A stretch of DNA of 64,000 nt. Origin: the human T2T-CHM13v2.0 reference genome, Homo sapiens. Positions 43,047 to 56,537 of the stretch are shown piece by piece. Location: the NCBI GenBank assembly GCA_009914755.4, contig CP068257.2, forward strand, positions 14,144,001 through 14,208,000, written 5' to 3'. Within the stretch, counting starts at the first letter, position 1. Each line of letters starts with the position of its first letter. Position numbers and translations under genes: made by a program. The notes beneath the pieces are model-generated. The model searched no databases. It saw only the letters and a program-made list of their open reading frames with translations, and had not been told where the DNA came from.

Positions 43047-44152
43047 GTAAGAATATATAGGGTGGTGTGTATTTTTAAATAGTCATAAAAGTGGCTCTGG
43101 TATGTGGTGTGATTAGTTAAGTGTAATTCACTCAGACGATGAAGGATGTGGTTAGGAAATGCTACTGGGTTTTGACAAGACTGAATTGAAAAGTAATGTC
43201 GTCAGGGCTAAGAATTCGTATATATTTTGTATTCCAAGTCAACTATTAAAGGTAAATATGACCTTTTTCGTCCTTGCTAAAAATGCTTTAGTGACTGTTC
43301 CACAGATTGACTCACATTTAATATTTAATTCCTTAGCCTAACATATATGGCCTCTGTTCTTGGCCTCTGATTATCTCCCCACCTTCATTGATCACCAGTG
43401 TTCCTTTTGAATTTATATCCTTACTGAACTTCTTGCTGTATCTGCTCATATCAAACCATTTCACACATTTATGTTTGCATGTTCGTATATGTTTTATTTT
43501 TTGCTAGTAATTCTTTTGCCTAATTCTTGTTTATCTGTCAAGATTCAATTCAGGTGTCATTTCCCCTGCAAACTATTTCTTGATCTGCCAAAAAGTATCT
43601 CTCCTTATGCTGTCCTGGCATCTGTCTACTGGGCATTTACTGTTGTGTATTGGAACTGTGTGATGACTTGTCTTGCACATTTCTCTCTTATCTGCTCAGA
43701 GCCAGAGATCATGTCATACTATGTCTGAATCTTTTTAATGCTGATATTCTGATATATGCTTTGCATATAGAAAATAATAAAGGTTTATTGAAACTGATAA
43801 AAATAATCTTTTTATATTTAGTCATTCAGAATCAGCTAGGCAGTCCACTTCTGACTAAAAAAATGAAGTTATTTTTCTGTGTGTGTAGTAGAAGTTCAGT
43901 AATTCTTCTGAATACTCTATTGTTTTTAAGATCTTGCTATATTAATTTTCATAATTGCATATTTAAGTCTACTTAATTTCTTCATATGACAAACAATTTT
44001 CATTTTATTTTGAGCTAATAAGGTTAACATGATTATGAGTTGTTTACATTTTGTGAAAAGTTTTACTTTTTAAGTGATCAAACATCTGGTATTTTCCAAT
44101 AGTGGCAGAAGTAGTATTACATCACTGTTAGAGTAGCAAAGAAAAAAAAAAA

Positions 44153-44541
<389 letters not shown>

Positions 44542-44764
44542 TTATCAAATATTTTCATCATTGTTTTTCTGAGCATTTGTTTGAGTTTTAAAAAGTTTTG
44601 TAGATAATAATTATTTGCTAAGCAATAGTAATTCTTAAGTAATATGATTGGCTGAGTGGTAATAATTCATAGTTTAAATTCTATTTGAAATGCAGTCTAT
44701 TTTGAGCTTTGCATTTTCCCTTTAATTCTTAATTTTATACTAGTTTTTGAAATATGATTTGCAG

Positions 44765-44965
44765 AGGAGTTTAATAAAGAAACTGGGCAGCCCCTTGTTG
44801 GTATAGAAACATTACCACCGGATTTGAGAGATTTTGTTGAGGAAGACAACCAACGATTTGAAAAAGAACTAGAAGAATGGGATGCACAACTTGCCCAGAA
44901 AGCTTTGCAGGAAAAGCTTTTAGCGTCTCAGAAATTGAGAGAGTCAGAGACTTCTGTGACAACAG
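44765..44965 (+). CDS. USP25: USP25 coding exon (inferred exon 18): (E)[66 protein letters not shown](A)
   Basis: Acceptor atatgatttgcag|AG and donor ACAG|gtttgt. 201 nt. Confidence 0.9.
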
Positions 44966-45293
44966 GTTTGTCCATTTTTATTAAGTTGTGTTTGATTATC
45001 AATATTATTTTTATAATAAGATATGCTCATTATTAAAAAGTTTTAGCTATCTTAAAGTGTGAGGAAATCAGTAGAAATCATTTCAAATTCCATCACTCAG
45101 ATTATCACAGTTAACAATTTAGTTTACCTTTTTGCCAGACACCACTGTATATATTTATATGTTTTTCAAGATAAATGAGATAATTCTGTTGACTTTCCCT
45201 CTACCTACTCTGCCTGTGTTGGGTGGGCTTGAATTTTCTTGGCAAGTAGCAGAGAAAGCTGTGAAATCAGCAAGAAACCCAAACCAATTCACT

Positions 45294-45365
45294 AAAGCTA
45301 TCAAGAGTATCAATTCAATAAAGCTATCAAGAGTATCAATTCAATAAAGCTATCAAGAGTAGTAA
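45294..45365. repeat. 26-bp tandem repeat x ~2.8 (AAAGCTATCAAGAGTATCAATTCAAT)
   Basis: Direct read of three consecutive copies. Confidence 0.9.
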
Positions 45366-47857
45366 TTTTAAATTTGGCCAAAATAATACTACCGGTATAT
45401 TCATATATACTTTGTGCAATAGTAAAATACTACCATTAATAACTATTTGATGTTTTTCGGAATTCTTAAGATTAAGAGAAAATTGACCAAAACTATTTAG
45501 TATATCACAGGTAAAAAGTAAGTGTATAGACCTGTAAACCAAAGATATAAATGCATAAACATATAAATATTTAAAAACATTATTCTGAAATGAACTATTA
45601 GCTGATGAAATCAATAAGTCAAAGTAAACACTGTATAGGAATTAAGAAAATAGTTTCTAGTAAAATTGAAAATATATTGTCTTTTTATTTTCTTAAAAGA
45701 TTACTCTTCACTGAGTTGCAAATATGTTTTAGGGCAACATGTTTTCTGGTATAGAAAATGCTATTTCTCAGAGAAGCTATAAATTAAGCGCATATATTTT
45801 CCTCAAACTCATTTGTCTCTTTTTATAACTGCTAGTGGATATTATTGAATAACTTTTTTTTTTTGCAAGATCTGCATGTTTTGTGTTTTAAGGAAGTAGT
45901 TCCAGCTTTTGTTTGTTTAATTTCATCTTTCGCAGACAGAGGTTTCCTTGCAGCATTACCTGGTTGGGCTTCAGCATTATCATTTGAACTTTAGAAGGAA
46001 TTATTACTTCAATAGAAGATTGTTTTACAGTGCTACAATGTAGTATTGTGACTGTCGCAGGCATGCACAAATCTGTCCAGATACTTAACTTATTTTCATG
46101 TAGATCAAATAATTGTCGTTGATTTTGATCCTGAGAGGCAGATAATTCAGCATTTTTTAAAAAGATAATGGTATCACAGCAACATTTGGATACTACAGTG
46201 CTATGGAGAATACCACCATTATAGTGGCTGGTGAACTCTACCATTATGTAGGGCTGCACTTTTCCCCCACGTGTACAAGGCTACCGCGTAGAGCAGGTGA
46301 AGCTATGTGGGTCCACAACAATGTAGTTTTTAGTAGATGTCAAGAGGTATCTAAGCTCAAATCACAGTGTAGTAACTATATTATAGTTCCTTTCATTTTT
46401 AAAACATTTCTGTCCCTTTGTGATTTCATGCTTTGCATTCTGTACATATTCTTTCCAAATCACTCCTCAGAACCTGCCCCAAGATGGAGCTACTGTGTTA
46501 TTGTTCCCTTAACATTTACTTATTCCATTCACATGTGACTATTCTTGTTATTAGTGGGAGGAAGGGGCTGCATAGTGTACTATAAGCAGTTGTGGTACCT
46601 AAGCTCCCAGACACAGGTGAATCCTCCATTCATTGGTTAAGCTCCAGTTTTATTCTTGGCTCACCTATATTTTGTGATACCAAAATATTAAGTTCTATAT
46701 ATCCTCCTCCTCTTCATCCTGTCTGTTTCTCATCTCTCCAAATTTTCAGAGTTAACATATTTTATTTCTGCTTAGTCAAACGAATACATATTTCCAACTA
46801 ATATTCCTATCTATTAAGGACTAGCCTTGCCCCATCCTCATTTTACATTTGTCATCTTTTTTCTTTCTCTGTGAAAAGACCATGTGTGCATAACTGCATC
46901 CATTTTCATGATCAATACATCTGACCATACACTTTACATGGTGTTTTGTAATTTTTAAAAAATGCAGTACTAGGTATTGGACATATATTTTCATGTCTGT
47001 TTTTACCATGCAAAATAATCTTAGAATGTTGATATATTTCTGGGAGGAACCAGAATAAAAGATGAAGAGATGGAAATGGTCAATTCCTATTCCTAGATAA
47101 CTTTTATAGTTACCTTTCAGCGTGGGTTATTTAGAAAGCAGTGGTAATACTACTTCTGTAGGAAACATTGTATCCTCCATAGACTTGACGGAAATATGCA
47201 CTTGGTTTGAATTAGTAGAAGTAGAACATGCCAAGTCCATAAATTTACAGAGTGAGATTGTTGTTTAAAAGATTGGTTTCTATTACTGTTATCTTTGAGA
47301 TTATATTAAGAAATTTGTTCTCTGTTGCAGGATAGTTTCACATATCATAATTGAATAAGACTAATGTTTCATTAGAACCATTTATTCCCTATTATTAATA
47401 GGGAAATTTTATTTTAATGTCCATGCCATCCTCTTCTGATTCTTCTCATGGTTTTCAAAGTAAGTAATTTAATTTGGTATAATACTTCCAGGATCTCAAA
47501 GCAAATCTGTATTTTAATCTCTCAGGTGTTCACTAGTATTACCAGTGACTAGTGGAAATAATAAAAGGAAATCTTGTTCATAAAATCCAACAGAATGATT
47601 TTTTTCCTCCCTGCAAAATCTTCTCGTTAAAGCTGAAACATAAGACCTCATAAAATTCAATTTCTACTGAGTGATATTCCAATTAAGAGTACTAATTCAT
47701 ATTATATTAATCAAATTAGTATTTGTTCCTCTTCTGCTAAAATGTGATCGAGAAATTCATGCGTATCAGTTCACCAGCACCATTCGTTCCCTACTGAGAT
47801 AATAAATGATGGGAAAGTATTTTTTGGTTCATTTCATGCTGCTTCCCTAGATCTGCT

Positions 47858-48852
47858 TACTGCAAAGGCAAACTTACCTGAATACTTTTGTTGAGATTTT
47901 CAGCCAGCCATTCTTTGCTGTCAGTGTGGGGATCAGAATGAGTAGGGGAGCAAACTTACCTGAATACTGTTGTTGAGATTTTCAGCCAGCCATTCTTTGC
48001 TGTCAGTGTGGGGATCAGAATGAGTAGGGGAGCAAACTTACCTGAATACTGTTGTTGAGATTTTCAGCCAGCCATTCTTTGCTGTCAGTGTGGGGATCAG
48101 AATGAGTAGGGGAGCAAACTTACCTGAATACTGTTGTTGAGATTTTCAGCCAGCCATTCTTTGCTGTCAGTGTGTGGATCAGAGTGAGTAGGGGAGCAAA
48201 CTTACCTGAATACTGTTGTTGAGATTTTCAGCCAGCCATCCTTTGCTGTCAGTGTGTGGATCAGAATGAGTAGGGGAGCAAACTTACCTGAATACTGTTG
48301 TTGAGATTTTCAGCCAGCCATCCTTTGCTGTCAGTGTAGGGAACAGAGTGAGTAGGGGAGCAAACTTACCTGAATACTGTTGTTGAGATTTTCAGCCAGC
48401 CATCCTTTGCTGTCAGTGTGTGGATCAGAGTGAGTAGGGGAGCAAACTTACCTGAATACTGTTGTTGAGATTTTCAGCCAGCCATCCTTTGCTGTCAGTG
48501 TGTGGATCAGAGTGAGTAGGGGAGCAAACTTACCTGCATACTGTTGTTGAGATTTTCAGCCAGCCATCCTTTGCTGTCAGTGTGTGGATCAGAGTGAGTA
48601 GGGGAGCAAACTTACCTGAATACTGTTGTTGAGATTTTCAGCCAGCCATCCTTTGCTGTCAGTGTGTGGATCAGAGTGAGTAGGGGAGCAAACTTACCTG
48701 AATACTGTTGTTGAGATTTTCAGCCAGCCATCCTTTGCTGTCAGTGTGTGGATCAGAGTGAGTAGGGGAGCAAACTTACCTGAATACTGTTGTTGAGATT
48801 TTCAGCCAGCCATCCTTTGCTGTCAGTGTGGGGATCAGAGTGAGTAGGGTTT
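47858..48852. repeat. 82-bp minisatellite (VNTR-like), ~12 tandem copies
   Basis: Unit GAGCAAACTTACCTGAATACTGTTGTTGAGATTTTCAGCCAGCCATYCTTTGCTGTCAGTGTGKGGATCAGARTGAGTAGGG. The AACTTACC motif recurs at 47871, 47953 and 48035 (82-bp period) and the array runs to ~48850 with point variants. Confidence 0.95.
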
Positions 48853-49362
48853 TTTTTTCTGAGTGTGAACAGCACACCCTACCTAAGGCCACTTAAGAGA
48901 CACTGGAGTCAGAATCTCTGGAGAAAGGATCTGATACAGTGCTATCTTAAAGAGATCTTCAGATAATTCTGAGGTTAAGCAGCATGGCTCTAGGCTGTAT
49001 TTATAAAACAGAAATTATGCTGGAGAGAAGAGCGTTGTCCGAGTTACTATTTTACTTATATTACTCTTGTCTTATCCAAGAAGTATCTGAAGTCCTTACA
49101 ATATAGCACACCCAGATTTCTTTAAAAAATAAGGAAACACTAGTGAAGATTGGAATGAAGTGTATTGCGTAAGGTTTTATAAATTTCTCTAGAGGAAGCA
49201 GGCAGAGTTGGCTCTGGAACTTCTCTACACTGTCTACAAGTTAAAAATAAGCTGATGTTCCAGGAGAGTACGGTTGGATCCTGAGAGTAAGACCTGGTAG
49301 AATAAACAGTATCGTCAGTGTTCTCAGATTCCTTGAAAGCAGGAACTAGGTGATATTCTTTT

Positions 49363-49648
49363 TTTTTTTTCTGAGACAGTTTCACTTTGTTGCCCAGGCT
49401 GAAGTGCAGTGGCATGATCTTAGCTCACTGCCTGCCGGGTTCAAGCAATTCTTGTGCCTCAGCCTCCTGAGTAGCTGAGACTACAGGCATATACCACCAC
49501 ACTGGGCTGATTTTTTTGTATTTTAGTAGAGACAAGGCTTCACCATGTTGATCAGTCTTGAACTCAAATTCCTGAGCTCAGGCAGTCCTCCCACCTCAGC
49601 CTCCCAAAGTGCTAGGATTACAGGCATGAAGCCACCATGCCAGGCCTG
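49363..49648 (-). mobile_element. Alu SINE (antisense)
   Basis: ttttttttttctgagacagtttcactttgttgcccaggctgaagtgcagtggcatgatct...gattacaggcatgaagccaccatgccaggcc. Confidence 0.9.
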
Positions 49649-50564
49649 GTGGTGTTCTTATTTATATCTCCAGCATCTAGTATAATAAACGACATATGAT
49701 AGATGTTCCTTGAAAGTTTTCTGTTAATAAGTTCATTCCCTATGGAGATTTCCAATAATGAATTTCTTAGGGGTGATCCTCAGTGTAGGAGAACATAAAA
49801 TTTTAAAGTAGAAACAAAATAGTCACACAATAAGGAGGCAGGCCAAATACATGGGGTGAGGATGTAGCTCTTTGTCCCGGATAAATTTATGGTTTGACTC
49901 TGGTTTCTAAACCTCTCTCCCCCACACCCCTCAGACTTTCTTCGGAATGGGGCCCAGGAATCTGAAGTTTCAAAAATTCCACCAGCGATTCTATGCAACC
50001 ACCTAAGCGTGGCTCTTTGTAGGCTCTTACAGGGTATTGTGGACTTTTAAATACATTTCTAGAAATGGATGCACTGTGTATCTCTCAAGCAGTCCGCTTT
50101 AAATCTTCTTCAGTGTGAACGTAATAAGTATTGACTTACTAGTAAGTCAAAAAAATAAAGACTTCTGAAAGATATCAGAGATGTTGGTCTTATTTTTATA
50201 GTTAAGAGCAACCCTTACTCTTTAATAGAAAGCCAATTGGTGGTAAAGTTGACCTTCTTAAAAGATTGAAGACCATAACCAGGAAATATGCATAAGTAAA
50301 GCACCCCCAAACCTCCTCAATAGCCTGTTTCAACATGAAGATGGACAAAAGGAGCAGACTCAGAGTTCCCTCAGAATGTTGAGTTGTCTTCTATAACAGC
50401 TAGAGAAGCATGGCCGGAAAATCACTCTGTGGAGGCCAGTCATTTGAAAATCCTAGAGAAATACCCATAGAACAGATGAGTGATTGGAGAGAGACTTTAG
50501 GAATAAGGATATTATTTACCTCCATAGAGAACTGGTCATTCATGGTGAAATGAGTGCATTTAAA

Positions 50565-50712
50565 TTTTTTGTTTGTTTGTTTCCAGTCTCCCAGGGTTTC
50601 AAACCATTGTGGGTTTACCTACCGTGACTACAACACCACTCATCTAAGTTCCCTGGGAGGTATATACACAGGGAAAACCCTAGAGAAAATTGTTCTGTAT
50701 GGCATTTAGGGA
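50565..50712. repeat. Dispersed direct repeat, copy A (partner at 51888-52027), ~145 bp, ~85% identity, family unknown
   Basis: ...tttgtttccagtctcccagggtttcaaaccattgtgggtttacctaccgtgactacaacaccactcatctaagttccctgggaggtatatacacagggaaaaccctagagaaaattgttctgtatggcatttag... versus ...tttgtttccaatctcccagggtgtcaaatattgtaggttcaactcccgtgacaacgaaaccactcacttaagttccctaggaggtatatacatagggcaaaccccagagaaaattgttctgtatgacatttag... Confidence 0.8.
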
Positions 50713-53700
50713 ATTTATAGCTGTGGGCCACTAGTGATGGGGTTTTTAATAGGGTTAGAGGATGAACAACAATTGTATTATATGGTAAAAGCCGAACTTG
50801 TTCTGCTGTTGTTCCTAACACAGAAATAGAAATTACTAAAGTGTATGGTAGGGTATTAGTTGCGTGAGCCTTCCATACAGAACAACACAATATAACCAGT
50901 ACATGTTACATTGAATAGAGAGTAATTCTTTTTGTTTAAAAATATGAGTAGGTAGGTACAGTCTGGAAATAATGTATCAGAAATATTAATAGTGCTTATC
51001 TCTGAGTAATGCAAAGAGTTTTAAATTTTCCACATTTTTCTTGTTTGTTCTAGTAAACATTTTTATTCTTTGGTTTGATAAATTGAAGACAAAACCTCTT
51101 TTTTTGTCTTCTTTGACAGTTTTTTTATACGGACTTTATTTTATAATCTGATTCCCTTGTAATTCTTCTAAGACCACTTCCCTGTGAGTAGCCTGTGTTT
51201 CATCTACACCAGATTACTCATCGTTTCTATTGCATATAGGAAATTTTCCTGTCATTATGGCATGTTCATGAAGTATCCTTCATCTTAAAAATGTTCTTTT
51301 ATCTTTAGTGTTCATGAATTTTTTCATATTCTTTAAGATCTTCCTCATATCCCAGAGTCTTTGTGAGTTTCTCTGAGAGCACTTCTCTAGTAGCTATTGT
51401 CTTTTCCCTCTTAATTCCAACCTTTTCTTACTACCAAATGTATTATGTTCTTCTCTATTGTACTTATATTTTGGCTTGCCTTCCAGTGTAGAGTCTCATA
51501 TATAGCAGGGATTTTATGAATCTTTGATCAGACCTTACAATGTGCTATTCCTTCTGCCTGGAATCTTTTCTATTCTTTTCTCCAAGATAATCCTCTACAA
51601 ATCCTTCAAGACTCATCTAAGTTAGCACCTCTTCTAGAAAGTGTTTCTTAACAGGCAGCATTATCTCAAGTATGTGTATTGGGTCCACAGTGCTTTTATA
51701 AAACCTTGTGCGTAACTTTTATTGAATTTAGCACATTGTATTATAATAGAATGTATATTTATCAGATTTTACTCAGAGTTCCTTAAAATTAGTGAAGTAT
51801 GTAATCTTTTTTGTTTTTTATATTTTTAATACCTAATATAGTACTGAAAATGGCACAGGTTCAATAAACATGTTGGGAATGCAATTTGAATTTTTTGTTT
51901 CCAATCTCCCAGGGTGTCAAATATTGTAGGTTCAACTCCCGTGACAACGAAACCACTCACTTAAGTTCCCTAGGAGGTATATACATAGGGCAAACCCCAG
52001 AGAAAATTGTTCTGTATGACATTTAGCCAGAAGCATTCAGTGTTACTCATAACGTTTTTGTACTCAAACTCCTTTATGGAAGGAAACCTTGGCCCTGGTG
52101 ACCTAAGGTGGATTTGACATGTGTTGATCAGATAACATTACTCTTGGTCCTAAGAACCAATTTTACAAAGATTCTAGGTTTCAGTGGGTCATTAGACCAA
52201 TGTCAGACCAGATGGATTTATTGCTTTAAGTTCACATCCAATTATTAACCGTTGACATTATCTGCTATGGTGAAGAGAGGAAGAGTGCCAAACACAAGGA
52301 AAAGTTTTATCAACAAGGAGTTTCTCTCCCAGCCCTAAAGCAGCTGGCATGAGCCACCTATCATGAAGTCTTCCAGAAGCAGAAGTATTGCTAAGCTGAT
52401 GGTAGCCAAAGATTTTCTTTATCTATTACTCATGGGCATTGAAAGGCTATTGCAGTCCAAAATCAGGAAATGATTTAATGAGGACATTAAACTTCTTTTA
52501 ACTTCTCTCCTTCCTTTTTGTACACATTGTAAGCATCCTCACCTCTGGTTTTCCTTATCACATAGTTTTACCTCCATGATCTTAGTTAACTCTGTCAAAA
52601 ACTTGGTGTGTTCATGTGCAGTCTCCACACCTTTGTGTCCAAAATATGTCTTGATTCTAGCCAATTTTGTGTCCCCCTGTTGCTCTCTCTCTTAATCAGA
52701 AAGCACATTTATTTCTTTTTCATGTTGCTCTACTGCCTTCTATTACCTTCACCGATCTCTAGTTTTACTTTCCTCTCTAATTCGTTCTTCACAATATCCC
52801 CAGAATAATTTTTTAAAAACTGCTATGTTGCCATTATATTATGTACTATATTATATACCTGCATCATCTCTTGCCATTTCTCCACTCTCATACTGTAGTC
52901 CAGTCATATTATTCTTTTTTTTGAATGTAGTCCATGCTTACTGCATGGACTCTCCATTCTTCCACCTGGAAAAACAGCTCATTCATTATTCAGCTTAATA
53001 GGTCACTTTAGGTCACATCCAAATTGCTCACATCACTTCACTGCCATTGTTCCCATATAAAGTGTTATAATATTGTCAAAATTTATATATATGATTATTT
53101 GGTTAGTGGTGTTCTCCACAGATGACTGTGAGCTTCATGGAGACAGAGACTGGCTGCTTTGTCAGAGACTCACTGAGATAAACCCTTTAGGTCATGTAAG
53201 GATTTTGGGCTTGTCTCATCTAGGGAACACCCAGTGGATGTTCATTGTACATTGTTGGATATATAAGTCTGGAACTCAAAAGATGGATAGGAGATATCGT
53301 GAATTTTTATTGGTACCAGTTTGCCTTTCCTCTGACAACACTCAGCTACTGGGGCAAGTACAGAAAAGATGGAAGGTTAGGTTCATTCAGGGTTAAGATT
53401 TTGTCAGGAAGTGTGAAGGAAGATGCTGTGGCCAGAGAAAAATAGCTCCTGTGCACTCTATGGAAAGTCAGCCCAAGATTGCTGTTCAAACCAAATTCTT
53501 TTGGTAAAATGCTGGCAATTTTCCAAAATGAGCTTTTGTTATTTCTCATGGCAGAAAAATTTACTGTGAATTCCTTACCATAAACTATAATGAGAGCTTT
53601 CTTTCATAATTATTGGAGTACTCTTAGTTCTGGGTTTTTGTTTTTTAATAAATTCTGGGAAGAAGTGCTATACGTGGAAAGATATATTTTACTTTGAATG

Positions 53701-53814
53701 GAAGACTAAAATTGGTTCTTACATAACTTCAGACATAGAAATGAATAAAAGATTTATCTTAGTATAGACTCTGTGGTTTATATTAGATATATAATTGATT
53801 CTTTTCTCATGAAG

Positions 53815-53957
53815 CACAAGCAGCAGGAGACCCAGAATATCTAGAGCAGCCATCAAGAAGTGATTTCTCAAAGCACTTGAAAGAAGAAACTATTCAAATA
53901 ATTACCAAGGCATCACATGAGCATGAAGATAAAAGTCCTGAAACAGTTTTGCAGTCG
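53815..53957 (+). CDS. USP25: USP25 coding exon (inferred exon 19): (A)[47 protein letters not shown]
   Basis: Acceptor ttcttttctcatgaag|CA and donor TCG|gtaaga. 143 nt, ending in phase 0. Confidence 0.88.
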
Positions 53958-54368
53958 GTAAGAACTTTTCTTTTGGCTCTCTGAACATAGCCATGGTCAC
54001 GACATTTCCTCCAGTATAGTGGAGAGGGACCTGTCAGGGAGTCAGGAGAGACGGGGCCCAGTGATGGCTCTGCCATGGGCATGATCAGTGACCATGGGCA
54101 AGTCATCTCATGCCCAGGCTGTGATTTCCTCAGCTGTGATTTTAAAGACACTTTTCTCTTAAGTTTCTGTCTTTCTGCTAGAGAATTCTAATGAATCATA
54201 ATCATAGATTAAATTGACCATTTGATCTGGAACTTAAAAAGAGAAGTGTAAAATTTAGCAGTATTTCTCCTGTCTCTCACCCATTCCTCCATCTGTAATC
54301 TGATTACATGGGAATAGTTGAGAATTTAAGACCTAATTGTCATAATTTCATGAAATGTGTTTAACAAT

Positions 54369-54438
54369 AAAACTACTAGATACTGTAGATTAGAGTATTA
54401 TTTAAAACTACTAGATACTGTAGATTAGAGTATTATTA
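54369..54438. repeat. 35-bp tandem duplication x2
   Basis: aaaactactagatactgtagattagagtattatt, two consecutive copies. Confidence 0.9.
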
Positions 54439-56421
54439 GAAGGATAAGTAGGATGTTGCAAAACTGTTTGTGAATATTTTAAGAACGTCCTGTGCAAAAA
54501 CGTCATTAGGCTACTCTATTGTAGTTTTCAACTACATCTTTTTATAGCGGTAAATTGAGCATGTTTGGTGTTATACTGTGTTATCAGTGAATATGGCATT
54601 CTGAGAGAAGCTATTTCAAGAATTTGTTACTACTAAACCTTTTAGTTCCTGTAGTCATTTATCTTTTATTAGTGAGCATAAGCAGCTCTAATGCAGATTT
54701 TGTGGTAGTTCCTTTTAATATTTGAAGATTCCCCTTGACAACTAAAAAGAGTACGACATATCATAATTTTACAACACGTAATTTTCTGCTTAGTAAGTGA
54801 ATTCAGTGCCAGCAATAACCTGCTAATTGCAATGAGGCCTTAAATATATAATAAGACTTCCTTTAGCCAAAATGTTCAAGAGATATGGTACTCTGTTAAT
54901 TTTGTTTTGATGAACTAAATAACAATACAAATTATTTTTTGTTTGAACAATTTTGAAAATGTATTAATATATCATCTTATTAAAATGTATTAATTTAAAT
55001 AGATATTTGATGATTCCAAATTTTGCAAATGCCTTAGAAGCTTTAAATGAATTTGATGTGAACATCACTAACTCTAAAGCTTTTCCTGGAAAATGCTTTG
55101 TTTAGTGGATCTGGGATGTCTGCTTCTTGGGTGATGGTAAGAGGAAAACCTAGGGAAGGAGAAAGAACAGAGGAGTAGGTACAAGGGGAAATAGTTTTGT
55201 CTGACAAAAACTGCATTTGCAAGGCCTCTGCTAATTAGAACTTTTATTTGTTAAAGGCCTAAATTATGATTAATGAGTGTCACTTTTTAAGCTGGTATTA
55301 GAAAACCAAAAGCATTACTTAGCTTAATGTAGAATCCTGATTTTAAGTTTGGAAAATCATATGGAATTTAAATTTGCAGAAGTCAGCTAAATTTTGATTG
55401 CTCAGCTTCATAATATGGATATCGTCTTATAAGGTAGCAACCTACTACCTCATCTTTACTTCAGAAAGGAGGATGACAGGGAGACTATATGATATAGACA
55501 AATACACTATTTGTCTATTCATTTAATTGTTTTCTGGAGTGGCATCCACAGTTAGCCCCATTGCATATGTAAATCCTGAAGCAAGTCTGAGAATTCATTA
55601 ACCGTGGCTTGATCTTACAGTCAGTTGCTTAGCGTCATGGTAACTACTTCATAGCGGTTTTTTTCATTTAAACTTAGCGTACACTAGAAGCTAAATTGCA
55701 CAGGTGAAAAGTATCTTCAGACTTTGGGATTAAACATTTCTGGATTTTGGAATATTAGTTTTATTTATTATGAATGCAACCTTGAATAAATTGCCAAATT
55801 TCTCCAGATAGACCTCAGTCTTCTTTTCCATAAAATGAAGGTAATTGTAGGATTAGTCAAGAGCATTATTTGTAAGTGCCTGGCATGGCATGTAGTAGGC
55901 ACTGAGTAACTGTTGGTTTCCTTCTGTTACATCAGTCCTAGCCGCTTTTCAAATATGCAATATATTAAAATCAACTTTAATATAAGAAAAATTTCCTGGA
56001 AAGCGTAGAATCATGGAAATTAGAGAAAGTCTTCAAGTGTTTAGGCACCCTGCTTTTTAGAAAAATGTCTTTAATTTTAAATGGAATACTTAGGATATTT
56101 TCAATATAGAAGAGTAGACCCTGAGAAAAAGTCATGCATAGTCCCACTCACTACTCATAGTTAATTATTGTAAATATGTTGGTATTTATTTCACTTTTAT
56201 TTTAATATGTAGATTTGGGATTTATTTTTATAGTTGAGTTGCATACAAAATTTTGTGTTGCCTTCTTTTAATCACTTACCTTTTATAACCATTTCCCCAT
56301 GTTGTAAACTCAGTGAAAACATTTAGTGGCTGAGTATTATTCCATTGAATAATTAACTTCTTGTTTATGTATCTGCTACTCAATCGTATATTTGTGTCTA
56401 CTTTTACATTATAAATAGGCT

Positions 56422-56537
56422 GCTAGAAATGAAAACTTTTTTCATATTTCAGGTTATTTCCTTAGAATAGATTTCCCATGCTAGAAATGAAAACTTTTTT
56501 CATATTTCAGGTTATTTCCTTAGAATAGATTTCCCAT
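56422..56537. repeat. 58-bp tandem duplication x2
   Basis: gctagaaatgaaaacttttttcatatttcaggttatttccttagaatagatttcccat, two consecutive copies. Confidence 0.9.

Noticed and set aside
47868-47885. ACTTACCTG motif resembling the 5' end of U1 snRNA
   Set aside because: Only the 9-mer matches. The surrounding sequence does not continue as U1 (no GGCAGGGGAGATACC), so this is not a U1 gene or pseudogene.
47858-48852. Regular 82-bp direct repeats, superficially resembling a CRISPR array
   Set aside because: This is a eukaryotic genome. The repeats are contiguous with no unique spacers, which makes them a minisatellite.
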